NCBI RefSeq assembly: GCF_009914755.1
Contig: NC_060926.1
Length of the DNA: 64,000 nucleotides
Source of the DNA: the human T2T-CHM13v2.0 reference genome, Homo sapiens
Direction: 5' to 3' (one strand)
Shown: positions 1 to 13,379 of the stretch, piece after piece
How the letters are laid out: every line of letters begins with the position of its first letter
Numbering within the stretch: position 1 is the first letter of the stretch
Made by a program: the position numbers and the translations under genes
The notes under the pieces: generated by a model
What the model saw: only the letters and a program-made list of their open reading frames with translations
Databases searched by the model: none
What the model was told of the DNA's origin: nothing

Positions 1-909
1 TCTCTCTGAGCTCAATCTTGGGTGAAAACCTTTTCATCTCCAGAGGTTTCATCTTCTTCTTCTTCTTCTTCTTCATTTTAACACATTTGTTCTGCTTTGC
101 CCAGAAAATTATTTTGGTTTGAGACTACTTTTATTTATTCATTCTTGTGAATGAAAGCAGAGGCCTGGATAATGCAAAATGATACAAATCCAGGAATCTT
201 TTCTATTTGACTTTCAAATGTGGGCTTGTACTTATGTTTCATTATGTGTACGTTTGATATTCTGGGGGCATTCAGTTCAGACAAAATCACATAGTTGCAG
301 TATAAGCATCTACCTGGGAAAATTCTAAGAGGCCACCCCGGGTTCTGAACCTTACTCCTTCACCAGCATCTAGGCTCAGAGGACAGGCAGCCTTACCCCT
401 CAACAGAGGGCAGATTAAAGCCCACCCCCACCCCCAAGCCTACCAACTTTTCACCCTCTTCCCTGAAGCAAGGAAATTCTTCCCAGGGCATCCGGGTTCT
501 CTGTGCACCTAGGCACTGCTCATCATCGTAGATGCAAACACGGCACGTGCTGCTAATATCTGGGAAGGGAGCTTTGCCTTCAAGGAGATGGCTTCTTGAA
601 TGTCCAAATATCGCCTTTTCTAGTCTTTCCTTCCAGGCCAATCTTGAGGTTAGTTGTTGGGTGGGTCCCCCTACACTCAAGGGGAGGAGATTAACATGAG
701 GAGGAGGCAGGATCACGGGAGCCCCCTACAGTCCTTCCAATTCAACTGCTGCATTTATAGCCATCTGTCCACCAGAAAAGGCTAATCAGGTGACATAGGC
801 ATACAAGCAAGCAAGCGCTCAAGCCGTTTGTAGCAGCCTGCTCAAAGCTAGCATCTCTGGGTCCTCCCTCCTGACCATGTTATACCCCTGCCTCAGGACT
901 GGTTAATTT

Positions 910-1069
910 AGAAAGAGGAAGGAGGAAAAGAGAAAGGAAGGAAGAAAGGGAGGGAAGGAAGGAGAGATGGAGGGAGGAAAGAAGGAAACAAGGGAGGAAG
1001 GGAGGGAGGGAGGAGGGAGGGAGGGAGGGAAGGAGAGAAGGAGGGAGGGAGGGAGGGAGGAAGGGAGGG
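910..1069. repeat. Polypurine low-complexity tract (GGAA/GGGA)
   Basis: ~160 bp almost purely A/G on +, mixed GGAA, GGGA and GAGG units. Confidence 0.95.
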
Positions 1070-1813
1070 TATTCTGTAGTTGATGGCCTCTGCCCAAAGG
1101 ATAGAGATGAAATCCTCCCTGTCCTGAGATTTCCTCCAAAGCTGTCTAGAAGTTTCAGGTGGGCATGGACATGGGTGTAGGTGTGGGCGGGTCAACCCCA
1201 GGCAGAACCAGCGTCCTCCCCTCCACATCCTGGCCCGCCTTCTCTCCTGTAGTTCCTCCTCCCAACTCCAGAGGGGCTCCCTTTAGTCCCCTCAGTGGGG
1301 AATCTCCTTGTACTGCTACTCTGTGTCCTCAGCAAACTGTGCTCAGGACTCCACTTGACTCCTGATGTGCAAAGGAATGCTTTTGAAACATAGAAGGAAA
1401 TAAAACCAAATGAACCTTTTTCTCACTCCAGCCAGGTTTACAAGAGTACACTCCTGCTATGGATTGAAAATACCTGATTTGTCATCAAACCTGAGCAGGG
1501 ATCCCTTTTTCTAGGCATTTGCAGTCTTCCTCCCAAGCTCTGACTGCCACGGATTCCATGCAAGGGGAGTCTACATCATCTACCAGAAAGGAAAACACAG
1601 CAGCTTAATAGCACAAAAACATTATGCCCGCAGAGTTCTTCAGAAAGATCACTCAGGCTGCAGTACAGGACATGAATTAAACATGCACAAGACAGGAGAC
1701 AGTGAGGCCATTGAGGATGCTGTTGCAAAAACCCAGGCAAGGCATCGTGGTGAATTTAAATAAGGCGGGGAGGTGGAATCGCAAAGAGGCAAATTAAACA
1801 AATATTAATATTT

Positions 1814-1900
1814 AGGCTGCTCTGCCAATGGAGTAGCCATTAGTTGTTCCTTTACTTTCTTAATAAACTTACTTCCAAAAAATAAAATAAGATAAAGAAA
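1814..1900 (+). mobile_element. MER41-like LTR 3' fragment followed by poly(A)-like tail
   Basis: GGCTGCTCTGCCAATGGAGTAGCCATT...CCTTTACTTTCTTAATAAACTT matches the recalled MER41 R-region; A-rich tail 1877-1900. Confidence 0.7.
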
Positions 1901-2104
1901 TACTTAGTATTGATATTAAGATGTTAAGGCTTCTTCCTCAGTTGTTTGCTCCAGGAGGAGACAGCGTTTATGCTGACTGAAGGAGCAGTGCAGGAGTGTA
2001 GATGGGTGCATGATAAGGGTTGTGGACCAGAAGGGAGGACATAGAAGAATAGATCAGGCTAGGTCTGTTAACATCAGGAATCAGTACTTTGCCCGTTGGT
2101 TTGG

Positions 2105-2910
2105 AGTCCCTGGCTGGGTTTTCTAGAAGCAGATGCTGAGATGGAGCTTGGATGCAAGATGTTCATTGGAGATTTAAATGGACAGAATTATGTCTTCCCA
2201 TTATTCACATGTTGAAGCCCTAACCCCTCGTACCTCAGAATGTGACTGTATTTGCAGATAGGTCTTTAAAGAGATGATTAAGTTAAAACGAGGCCCTTAG
2301 GGTGGCCCTTATCCAATAGGACTAGTGTCCTTCCAAGAGGAAAAGGAGATTAGGACACAGACACACTCAGAAGAGAGACCATGTGAGGACACGGCAGGAA
2401 GGCGGCCATCTGCAAGCCAAGGAGAGAGGCCTCAGAAGAAACCAACCCTGCTGACACCTTGACGTTGGACTTTCAGCCTCCAGAATTGTTAGAAAATAAA
2501 TTTACGTTGTTTAAGGCCACAGGCCTGTGGTACTTTGCTGTGCAGTACAAGATGACTAACACAGAGATCAGAACCTGTGAAGGAAAAGGGCAGAGGAAAG
2601 AGTGGGCAGCGAGGGAAACTGTACTGTGACATGCACCCCCACAAAGCTGTAGCCAATGTGGCAGGAGGCTTTAGAGCAAGAATGGCTCCCCAGAATCACA
2701 AGACACCTGTGCCTTCCTCTTTTTCCTCACTTAGTCTGCGGATGTGAGTGGCCCTTATGTGAGTGTGACTTCAGGCAAGGCAGCTCTCTGCAGCTCGAAG
2801 GACCAGAAGGCGCTGGTGAGTGGAGGTGCCTGTGCCTGTGGCCTGTGCTTCCTGCACTGGGCAGGGCAGCGCTGCCTCACAGAAAGTGGCACATCTCCGT
2901 GTCTATCCCA
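2105..2910 (-). mobile_element. LTR16-like ERVL LTR (3' LTR of the minus-strand ERVL remnant), split by MLT1B
   Basis: GGGTTTTCTAGAAGCAGATGCTGAGATGGAG matches the LTR16-type terminus; sequence resumes after MLT1B; minus-strand PPT AGGGGTGGGC abuts at 2911-2920. Confidence 0.65.
2174..2563 (+). mobile_element. MLT1B MaLR solo LTR
   Basis: 390 bp with typical MLT1B motifs (CCTCAGAATGTGACTGTATTTG, CAGCCTCCAGAA); perfect 5-bp TSD GAGAT at 2169-2173 and 2564-2568. Confidence 0.9.
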
Positions 2911-3082
2911 GCCCACCCCTCGCCCTGTTCACGTAACTGCATCTTCTGGATCCCAGTAGACCTCCGTCTCTGAGAGAAAACGCGTCTGTAATACAATCAG
3001 TGTGTCCACAGTCAGGAACTCGCCGCACACCTCCTTTGCTGTCATTGTAAATTGGTCCTCTAGTCTGAGGCTGTGAGGGGCC

Positions 3083-3943
<861 letters not shown>

Positions 3944-4373
3944 GGCTCACATGCCAGTGACTCAAACACCATGTAAGCCTATGATGGTGGTGCCAAGGCC
4001 GCATGAACGGGAAAGGCAAACTTCGATCCAGAATGTGTATCTTTCCTGTGAAAATGAACCATTGACCCTTCCAGAAAGAAAGACGTCCAGTGTAATCATC
4101 TTGCCAACTGACCAACTGGACTCTGAGGAGTGGTACCATATTAGGGCCTATTGTCCGTGTGTGTTGCTGGCAGGTCAGATACCTGGCAGAGATTGTGGTA
4201 AGAACAGCCTTGGTAAGTAGGAATCTATGCTATTCTACCCATGTGTACCCTCCATTTCTGCTGCCTTGGCCATTTAATTCATGTGCTCACCATGCCAGCA
4301 GTGGAGTGGCTAGTGATAGAGACTGGCTGGCCATCAAATATTTGACTCATTTTGTCTATTTGGTTGTTTAGCA

Positions 4374-4582
4374 CAATGATTCTCAACTGAGACGATTTTG
4401 CCCACCCTTCTTTTGAGGGCATTTAGTAATGCCTAAGACATTTTTGGTTGTCACAAGTGGGAGGGTGCTAGTGGTGTCTAGTTGATACAGACCAAAGATG
4501 CTGCTAAACATCCTACAATGCACAGGACAGTCCCCACAACAAAGAATTATATGGCCCAAAATATCAGTAATGTTGACAAGTT
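4374..4582 (+). mobile_element. MER20 (hAT-Charlie DNA transposon), 3'-truncated
   Basis: GATGCTGCTAAACATCCTACAATGCACAGGACAG and ACAACAAAGAATTAT motifs. Confidence 0.9.
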
Positions 4583-6077
4583 AGTGTCTCTTCCAAGGTG
4601 GATGCACTCTTATGGAAGACAACATGTTTTACAATTATCTTCATTCTTCATGATGCCTCCCACACATCCATCCACATGACTTTACCCTAGACTTCTTTGT
4701 ACATGATATTCCAATCTTCTTCCTTTTGGGCTCCTAACCAGTCAACCAGGCCATTCACCATTGCCCAGGAGTCAATATATATTCTAACTCATGCTACTTC
4801 CCTTCTCATACAATGTCATTGATAAAGTATACTGCTCAAAGCTCTGGCCTTTGCAAATATTTTCCCTTGCCATTGTCTTTCAAGGTCACCCTTGAAAGTA
4901 GTAGTTGTTGCAGCATAGGCTGTAGTGTACTTGATGTCCATTTGCAGCTTCCACCCACATACCAAGCCAACCCATTTGCAGCCCCAGCTCAGGCTTTCTC
5001 TTCCTCTTTCTTGTGGTTGTAAAGGACCCACACACACACACAGGGCCATAGATGTGAATTGAGATTAGGGGAACTGGTACAACAGAGGTAGATGTCATCG
5101 AGGTTTGGAACGCTTGCGCATGCATTCCCTTGAGTCTGGAATGCCTGAATGCATCTAACATCTTACAGAGGATTGCTTATGAGTCCACCCAACCTTATGA
5201 CTTGGGGAGTCTGCCAGGAACCAGCTCGTGATAGGTAATTCTTCCTGCCTGGTCACTGGTCACTTGCTGTTTTGTGGTCAGGAGACGTGACTCTACCAGG
5301 ATGTAGTGGCATAGCAGAAGATGCTTGTCAAAAGACAGCATGGCCTCATTACAGAACCTCAGGGTCTTGTGACAAGATTCTTCCATTGGACCCTGTCACA
5401 AACTCCACACATCATCTTTTCCTACATTGATATTTCCAATACCGTAAGGTCCAAGTGGCACAAATTTTTGCCCTGAAGCCTAGACCCACTGCAGAGCCAT
5501 TTCTCATTCTGGGCCCCACTCAAAGCTGGGAGAAATTTATGTTACTAGTACATGGGCAGAAGTGGTATAGAAGATGCCATGACACAGGCCCCCTCCAAAA
5601 ACTAGAGAGGTCCACCATGCATTATACTTCCTTCTTCACCATGAGAGGTGCAAGATGGAATAATTTGTCTTTCATTTTGAAGGGATGTTCCAGCATGTTT
5701 CTGTCCATAGAACCCCTAAAAATGTTACCAATGTGGCCAGTCCTCAAATCTCTGTAGGGGTTTTTCTCCCACCTTCTGGAGCACATGTGCCTTACCAAGG
5801 CCTCCAATGTCCTAGCCACCTCCTGCTTATCTAGCCCAGTCAACATGATGTCAGCTATGTAATGGATCAATGCAGATGGTCCAGATAGTGCAGATATCTT
5901 CAGACAACATTACAACAGAGAGTGAGTTAACATAACCTCAGGGGAAACTGTATATGTATATTGTTGTCTGTTCCATGTGAAAGTGAACTATTTCTGATCC
6001 TCTTTTTCTAATTGTGATAGAAAATAACACATTTGCTGGATCAATGGCTGCATAGCATGTGCCTCATTTTGAATCGC

Positions 6078-6438
6078 TGCTGTATTCTGGATATTTATGT
6101 CTACCCAAAATTCATATGTTGAAACGCTAACACCCAAAGCGATGGCATTAGGAGGTACAGCCATTGGGAGGGGATTAGGTCATGAAGGCAGAGCCCTCAT
6201 GAATGAGATTAGTTAGTGCCCTAATAAAAGAAGCTTGAGAGAGACTCCTTGCCTCTTCCACAATGTACAGACACAGTGAGAAGCACCATCTATGAACCAG
6301 AAAGTGAATCGATACCAAATCTGCCAATGCTTTGATCTCGGACTACTCAGCCTCCAGAACTGTGAGAAATAAATTTCTGTTCTTGCAAGCTACCCAGTTT
6401 AAAGTATTTTGTTAAAGCAGCTCAAAGAGACTAAGGCC
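6078..6438 (+). mobile_element. MLT1A-type MaLR solo LTR inserted in the RT remnant
   Basis: CAAAATTCATATGTTGAAAC, CAGCCTCCAGAACTGTGAGAAATAAATTTCTG; TSD ATCGC/ATCAC. Confidence 0.88.
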
Positions 6439-7681
6439 ATCACCCTGCTTTAGCAAAGCCACCTCACCTAATGCAGCAGCTGCAATCAGGGCATGACTTG
6501 GTTGAACCTGTGGTATATCTATAGTCTTCCTCCAGGATCCAACCAGTTTAACTGGTGATCAAAAGGAGATATGATAGGGCTTACAATCTCTGTATCCTTT
6601 ACACTCTTAAAAGTGTCCCTAATATCTGCATTGCCACCACCTCATGCAATATTATTTATGACCAACTATCTTGTCTGGGTGGAAAGGTGGGCAGTTTCAG
6701 AGGTTTCCACTTGGCCATTCTCGCAGTACCTCTTACCCCACAGGCCAAGGACCCAAAGTGAGGGCTGCATCAACTGCTAAATATGTTGATCTAATTATAT
6801 ATTTTGGAAATAAAAGTCATCCAAATTGCAAAGGAAGAAGTAAAACTGTCTCTATTTTCAGATAACATAATCCTACATATAGAAAATTCCAAAGAATCTA
6901 CATGGAAGCTACTAGAGCTAATAAATACATTCAGCAAAGCTTCAGGGTACAAGATCAACACATAAAAATCAGTTTTGTTTCTAAACACTTGCAATGAACA
7001 ATCCAAAAAGAAAATTAAGAAGATGGTTTCACTTATAATGACCTAAAAGGAATAATATACCAGAGAATAAAATTAACCAAGGAAGTGAAAGACTTGCACA
7101 CTGAAAACTAAAAAACATGTTGAAAGAAGGGAGATCTAAATAGATGAAAAGACATCCCGTGTTCTAGATGGAAAGACTTAATATTGTTAAGATAATAACA
7201 CTACCCAAAGCAATCTAGAGATTTAACACCATCCTTGTTCAAATTCCAACAGTGTTCTTTGCAGAACTGGGAAAGCCAACCCTCAAATTTATATGTAATT
7301 GCAAGGGACCCCAAATAGCCACACAATCTTGGAAAAAATGAACAAAGGTGGAAGACCCACATCTCCTGATTTCAAAACTTACTATAAAGCTAAAGTAATC
7401 AAAGCAATATGGTACTGGCATAAAGATAGACACACTGACCAATGGAATAGAATTGAGAGTCCAGAAATTAATCATACATGTGTGGCCAATTGATTTTTGA
7501 TAAGGTGCCAAGTCTGTCAATGGGGAAAGAATAGTCTCTCCAACAAATGGTGCTGGGACAACTGGATTTCCACATTCAAAAGAATGAAGTTAGACCCCCT
7601 ACCTCACATATAAATAAAACTTAGCTCAAAAAAGATCAATGATCTAAATATAAGAAAGAAACCTATAAAAATCTTAGAAGA

Positions 7682-7975
<294 letters not shown>

Positions 7976-8037
7976 AAAAATCTTAGAAGAAAACATAGGG
8001 GTGAGTCTTCATAACCTTGGATTGGGCACTGGGCTTT

Positions 8038-8166
8038 TAGGGGAGAATCCATTCCTTGTATTCTTCAGCTTCTAGGGGCATCTGCTTTCCTCTGCTCATG
8101 ACCCTTTCCCAGGAGTGGTATTACTCCAACCTCCACTTCTGTCATCACAGCTCCTTCTCTGACTGA
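8038..8166 (-). mobile_element. Internal MLT1D/E-like fragment embedded in L1
   Basis: TAGGGGAGAATCC...CAGCTTCTAG...CTCCTTCTCTGAC matches the middle of an MLT1 LTR; no LTR termini. Confidence 0.7.
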
Positions 8167-9189
8167 CCAAAAGCATAAGTGACAAATGAAAAAATAAATT
8201 GGACTTCATCAAACTGTACAACTTTTTCCATCTAAGGATGATTGTTAAGAGGGTAAAAAAACAGCCTATGGAATAGAAGAAAATATTTGGAAATTATTTA
8301 TCTGATGAGGATTAATATCCTGAATATATAAAGAACTCTTAACACTCAACAATAAAAAGACAAACAACACAATTAAAAAACAGCAAAGGACTTGAATAGA
8401 CATTTCTCCAAAGAAATATATATATGGCCAATAAGCACATGAAAATATACCTAATATCTTAAGTCATTAGGGAAACACAAATCAAAGCCACAATGAGATA
8501 CCACTTCATGCCTACAAGGATGACTATAATAACAATAATCAGAATGTAACAAGTGTTGGCAAGGATGTGGAGATATTAGAATTGTTAGTGGTATGGAAAA
8601 TAGTTTGACACTTCCTTAAAATGCTGAACATATAATCATCATACGACTCAGCAATTTCACTCCTAGGTTTATACCCAAAATAATTCAGAACAAGACTCAA
8701 ACAGATACTGGTACAGCAATATTCACAGCAGCATTATTTACAATAGCCAAAAGGTGGAAGCAATTCAAGTGTTCATCAATGAATGAATGGATACACAAAA
8801 TGTGGCATATACACATAGTGGAATGTTATCTGGCCAGAATAAGGAAAGAAGTTCTCACACATGCTACAGTGTGGCTGAACTTTGAAGACACTGTGTTGAA
8901 TGAAACAAGCCAGACACAAAAGGACAAATATTGTATAATTCCACTTATATGATCTATCTAGATTAGGCAAGCAGAATGTACATTAGAGGTTACCAGCAGC
9001 TGCAGGGAGGGGAAGATGGGGAGTTATTGCTTAATGGTTCCAGAATTTTGGTTTAGGATCATGAAAAAGTTTTGGAAATAGGTAGTGATGATGGTTGCAA
9101 AACATTGTGAATGGAATTAATGCCACTGAATTTTCTACTTATAAATGGTTAACATACCAAATTTTATGTTTGATTATTTTACCAGAGGT

Positions 9190-10858
9190 AGATGGCACTG
9201 CAGTCACAGTCAGGGACATTGGTGAAAGGAAATCTTCCCAAAACTTCAGGTCATACATCAGCATGTCCACTTGTGTGGATGAAGAGGTCTGGATCTACAC
9301 TGATTCACAAGCGGTGACTTATGGGATGAAAGAACAAAATTAGAGAGCTGGTGGCAAGGAGCTCTTGGAGAAAGGAATGTGAATAAAGCTCTTGGAATGT
9401 GAAGTAATTCACAATCCAAGGGAATCCTCCCAAGAGACCAGAATCAAGGCCCTCATACAATAATCAGGTTCACAAGATGGCATGTCCTGTAGCTGTCAGT
9501 CAGCCCGTTTCCCTACCACACTGTACAATTACAAAGTGGCCCTGGGGGCAGGATGAGAGTTGTGCAGGACTGAAAAACGGGGCCTTCTCCCTACTAATAT
9601 GGATCTGGGTACTTCCAATAGTACGCAGCTGAGTCCCTGATATGGCACCATTCTCCTGGGGAGCTGGAACATACAGTGGGCAACGTGCTACCTCTTGAGG
9701 GGTTTATCACGCTGGCCTCTGTCATCATAGAGGAGATAGCAATCTGTCTTCAAAAGGATAAACTCATAATCTAGGTATGAATTTGCCTCTCCTGTCCTCA
9801 GGGTTCTGCCAGACCCTCAGAGTGTGGGCTTCAAGAATTCCTGATTCATAGCCAAATAGCCAGGAGACACCATGTATGATGATGAAAGTTCATGAAATGC
9901 ACTGGTCTTACCCCAAGCCCCAACATCACCTGGAAGCAGCATTCACAGAATGGTAGGATGGTCTGCTGGAGGCTCAGTTATGGTAGCAGATGGGAGGTGG
10001 CACCCTCAGAGTTGCTGGAGGCTGTCTAACAACAATCAGCAAATACCTCAAACCAATGGCCAATATTTGGTTGATCTCTCCAGGAGCCAGATACATGGGT
10101 CTAAGAATCAAAGGGTTGAGGTGGCTGTGTTTCTGAGCCTGTAATACCTAAAAACTCACTGGAGGAATTTTTGCTTCTCATTCTGTTGCCTTGGAATGGA
10201 TGATTTTGGAAGTCCCAGAAGGAACACAACCACGGCACTGTGTTAAGTTAGAAGCTGAGATGACCCCTGGCCATTTGGGGTTCCTCAGCTGCTGAACCAA
10301 AGGGCCTGGAAAGGGTCACTTAACTGAGATCTTAGTTACCAGGAAAAAAAAAGCTGCATTATTGCTACCCCATGGGGACAGGGAGGATTGCATAGGTAGC
10401 CCAGGGATTCTCAGCAGCCGCAGCCTTCTGGTACTTTCTTGCCCAGCAGTCCTCACCCACAGAAAACTGCAGTGAACTGAGGACTCAAACCTGTTTGGAT
10501 TGGAGGTTTAGGTCAACACCCTACAACAGAGACCTTCGCCCAGCTAAGGGCTGCAGAGAGTAGGAGGAACATGTTATAAAATCAGCTGCAGTTCCCGGGG
10601 GGGGCCTCAGAACCAGCTACAGAAGAGGAGACGGCAGCAGATACGTTTGTGTTCATTGTTTTCATTCTTCCTTTTTTCTCATCACCCCTGCTACATTGCA
10701 TGAAGAGCACTGTTAGGGCTAAAATGTCAAGTTTCACAGGGGCCTATGGCTGAACTGACATCACGTGCCATGATGCAATATCTAGCGAGATTTTGCATGT
10801 CCCTCTTTAGAGACCATGAGTATTTTTTAGCTGAACAGAAGACAAGAGGAGAGAGACT
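9190..10858 (+). pseudogene. Decayed ERVL-class internal region with RNase H, integrase and dUTPase remnants
   Basis: GERKSSQ and VWIYTDSQAV (ORF 9095-9343) match ERVL RNase H; GCTGAGTCCCTGATATGGCACCATT resembles the LSPRYGTI motif; CCCCTGGCCATTTGGGGTTCCTC resembles the dUTPase PPGHFGLL motif. Confidence 0.8.
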
Positions 10859-10859
10859 C

Positions 10860-11280
10860 TACAGGATATTTTGTATCAGCCCATCCAGATCCACTTTTCA
10901 TCCTTCTCCTGCTTCGTGGCTGGGAGGCAGGTTCTCTGGGTGGCATCCACTGGGTTCCTTGCACTCTGGTTTCTGGCTGGGACCAGCCAATGGTGGCACC
11001 ATTAGGAACCTGAGGTCACCACCCCCACAGTGGGTTTCTCTACTGACAGCTCCCGTCTGCCTGGAGCTGCTCCTCTAGGTTCTGCTAGCAATCCTCTCCC
11101 TTGGCCTCTGCAGGGCCATGAGGGGTCACCGCCTACCACCATTGCTAGTCACAGGATTCTGCGCTAGTCTTTGTTTCCTTCCCTAACCCCTGGCCACAGC
11201 TTGTCAATATCCCTTCTTTAAACTCTTCTCAATTCCAGTTGGACAGCCTGATTTACTTCCTGCTGGATCTCAGACTTGTC
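10860..11280 (+). mobile_element. LTR33-like ERVL LTR (3' LTR of the plus-strand remnant)
   Basis: Ends CCCTTCTTTAAACTCTTCTCAATT...TTCCTGCTGG, typical of the LTR33 3' end. Confidence 0.7.
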
Positions 11281-11324
11281 TGAAAACAACAAAATAAAAT
11301 AAAAGATAAAAAATCCATTGAAAC

Positions 11325-11500
11325 TCTTTTTAAAATTGTGAAATATAATTGACACGAAGAAAAGCGTATATAACATGGATCTAATGTTGAACAGGTCGTT
11401 ATAAATGGAACACCCATGCTACCACCATCCGAAAATGAAAACTGGACTGTGGTCAGTATTTCCGAAGCCCACACTGACTGTGTATTCCTTTCTCCATTCA
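11325..11500 (-). mobile_element. Old L1ME 3' end fragment
   Basis: TTTTTAAAATTGTGAAATATAA...AACACCCATG motif typical of a reversed L1ME 3' UTR. Confidence 0.55.
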
Positions 11501-11974
11501 GAGACGTGTCCTATGGCTGCTGTCACAATTTACCACAAACTTAGTGGCTTAAAACAACACAAACTTATTATCTTACAGTTCTGGTCATCAAAAGTCTACA
11601 AATAAGTTTTGCAGGCTAAAATCCAGGTGTCGGCAGGGCTGTGTTCCTTCCAGGAGCTCTGGGGGAGAATCAGGCTCTTGTCTATTCTGGCCTCTAGAGG
11701 TACCTGCATTCCTCTGTTCCTGGCCTTTCCCAACAATGGCACCTCCTCTGACCCTCCTGCTACCCTTTTAGAAGGACCGTTGTGATTACTCTGTGCTCCC
11801 CGGGAACCTGTGAATATGTTACCTTACAAGGCAAACAGGGCTTTGACCCTTTCCACCTCAGGATCCTTAACTTACTCACATCTGTAAAGCCCTTTTAACA
11901 TATAACGTAACATATTCACAAGTTCCGGGGATTAGGTTGTGGACATCTTTGGGGCCATTATTCTGACTGCCATA
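11501..11974 (-). mobile_element. MLT1D/E-like MaLR solo LTR with internal inverted segment
   Basis: TACCACAAACTTAGTGGCTTAAAACAACAC start, GGGCCATTATTCTG end. Confidence 0.88.
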
Positions 11975-12239
11975 CCGACTGTCTGGATGTTTATGGTAAT
12001 CATTTCTTTGAATAAAGTTTTTTTTAAATATGAATTGACTAGGCCCATTTATCACTGCTGACTTTCTGTTCAGGCCACTGCCTGGTCACTGGTCAGCCTG
12101 TAGTGGGCTGCTTTTCACTCAGCCATCAGCCCTGGCCTCTTCCATTTTAGGAAGACAGAATGCCATGGTACAAGGCAGGCATTCCTCATATGAACAAGGA
12201 ATGGCTTCTGGCCACTTTTTGTTCATGAGCTTTTCTCTA

Positions 12240-12408
12240 GTACTATGACCTTGAGAGGTATAATATTATCCCCACCTTACAAATAAGGAGACTGAGGCTT
12301 ACGGAGCTAAAGTAACGGCTTCCCATTGCTCAGCTAATACATGGCAGAGCTGCAATTCAATGCCAAATTTGGTGGGACTTCAAAACCACTCTACCCCATC
12401 ACACTGCT
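12240..12408 (-). mobile_element. MIR SINE
   Basis: Reverse MIR core ATTATCCCCACCTTACAAATAAGGAGACTGAGGCT. Confidence 0.8.
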
Positions 12409-13379
12409 ACCCTTGAAGAGAAAGCAATTCTCTTCATCTGAGGCCACAGCATTAAGGTGGCCTTAATTAATGTGACACCCCCATGCAAATACACTCTTGA
12501 CACAGCAGCCTGAGAACAGAAAAAAGTGTTTTGAACTATGAGCCCTGAAAAATCAGGAGCAGCTGTAATTTACATTTCTGTAAAATTTCCACTTTATGTA
12601 GCAAAAAAACCCAAACAAACAAACAAACAAACAAAAAACCTGTCCACGAGTTGCCTTAGCAGATACGTGGCTTCTTTCATGTGAGCAGAATGGCGTGTTG
12701 GTTAATGGCTCTCATAACAAAATATGTCCTGGGGTCATTATTTATAATAGGCAGCAACAACAAGCAGTAACAAAGCTGGCATGCAGCAATAGGCAGTGTA
12801 AAATTTTAATGGGAGGCATTTTCTGGATTTTGATTCTAAATGCCTTGTTGTTACAAAATGAAAACAGCTTTCAAGAAGGATAGGCATCATGTCGGAGGTG
12901 AGGAGGTAGAACTCCTCAAGTAAGTTTGCTTAAGACACCAGAGGAAAGAAGCCTGGCCAACTCGCTTCTCCCTGACACTTAAATTACATCATGATCAATA
13001 ATAACACCAAATTACACACCATCTGAGAACAGCTAACTGCTTAGCACACACATAACATGAACAGGAAAATATAGGTTAGTATTCCCATGCCAAGATCAAC
13101 TCAGAAGAACCTGTCTGACACCTACTATGTACTGGGTGTGGTACTAGGGACTGTGGAAACAGTAGGAATGCATCTGATATAGCAACCATGACATCAAACA
13201 GCTTGACATCCGGCATTACTGCGTGGGACAGACCCACAACTCTGCCAGAACTCAGAACTGTCAGTTGTGCTGGGGAGGCAACAGACTGGCGGCGGTCATG
13301 GAGGGGCAGGACTTACAGAAAGTGAAGAAGAGTCAGGCAAACAAGGGCAAAAGCAACACAAAGTTTAGGGCAAGGAATC

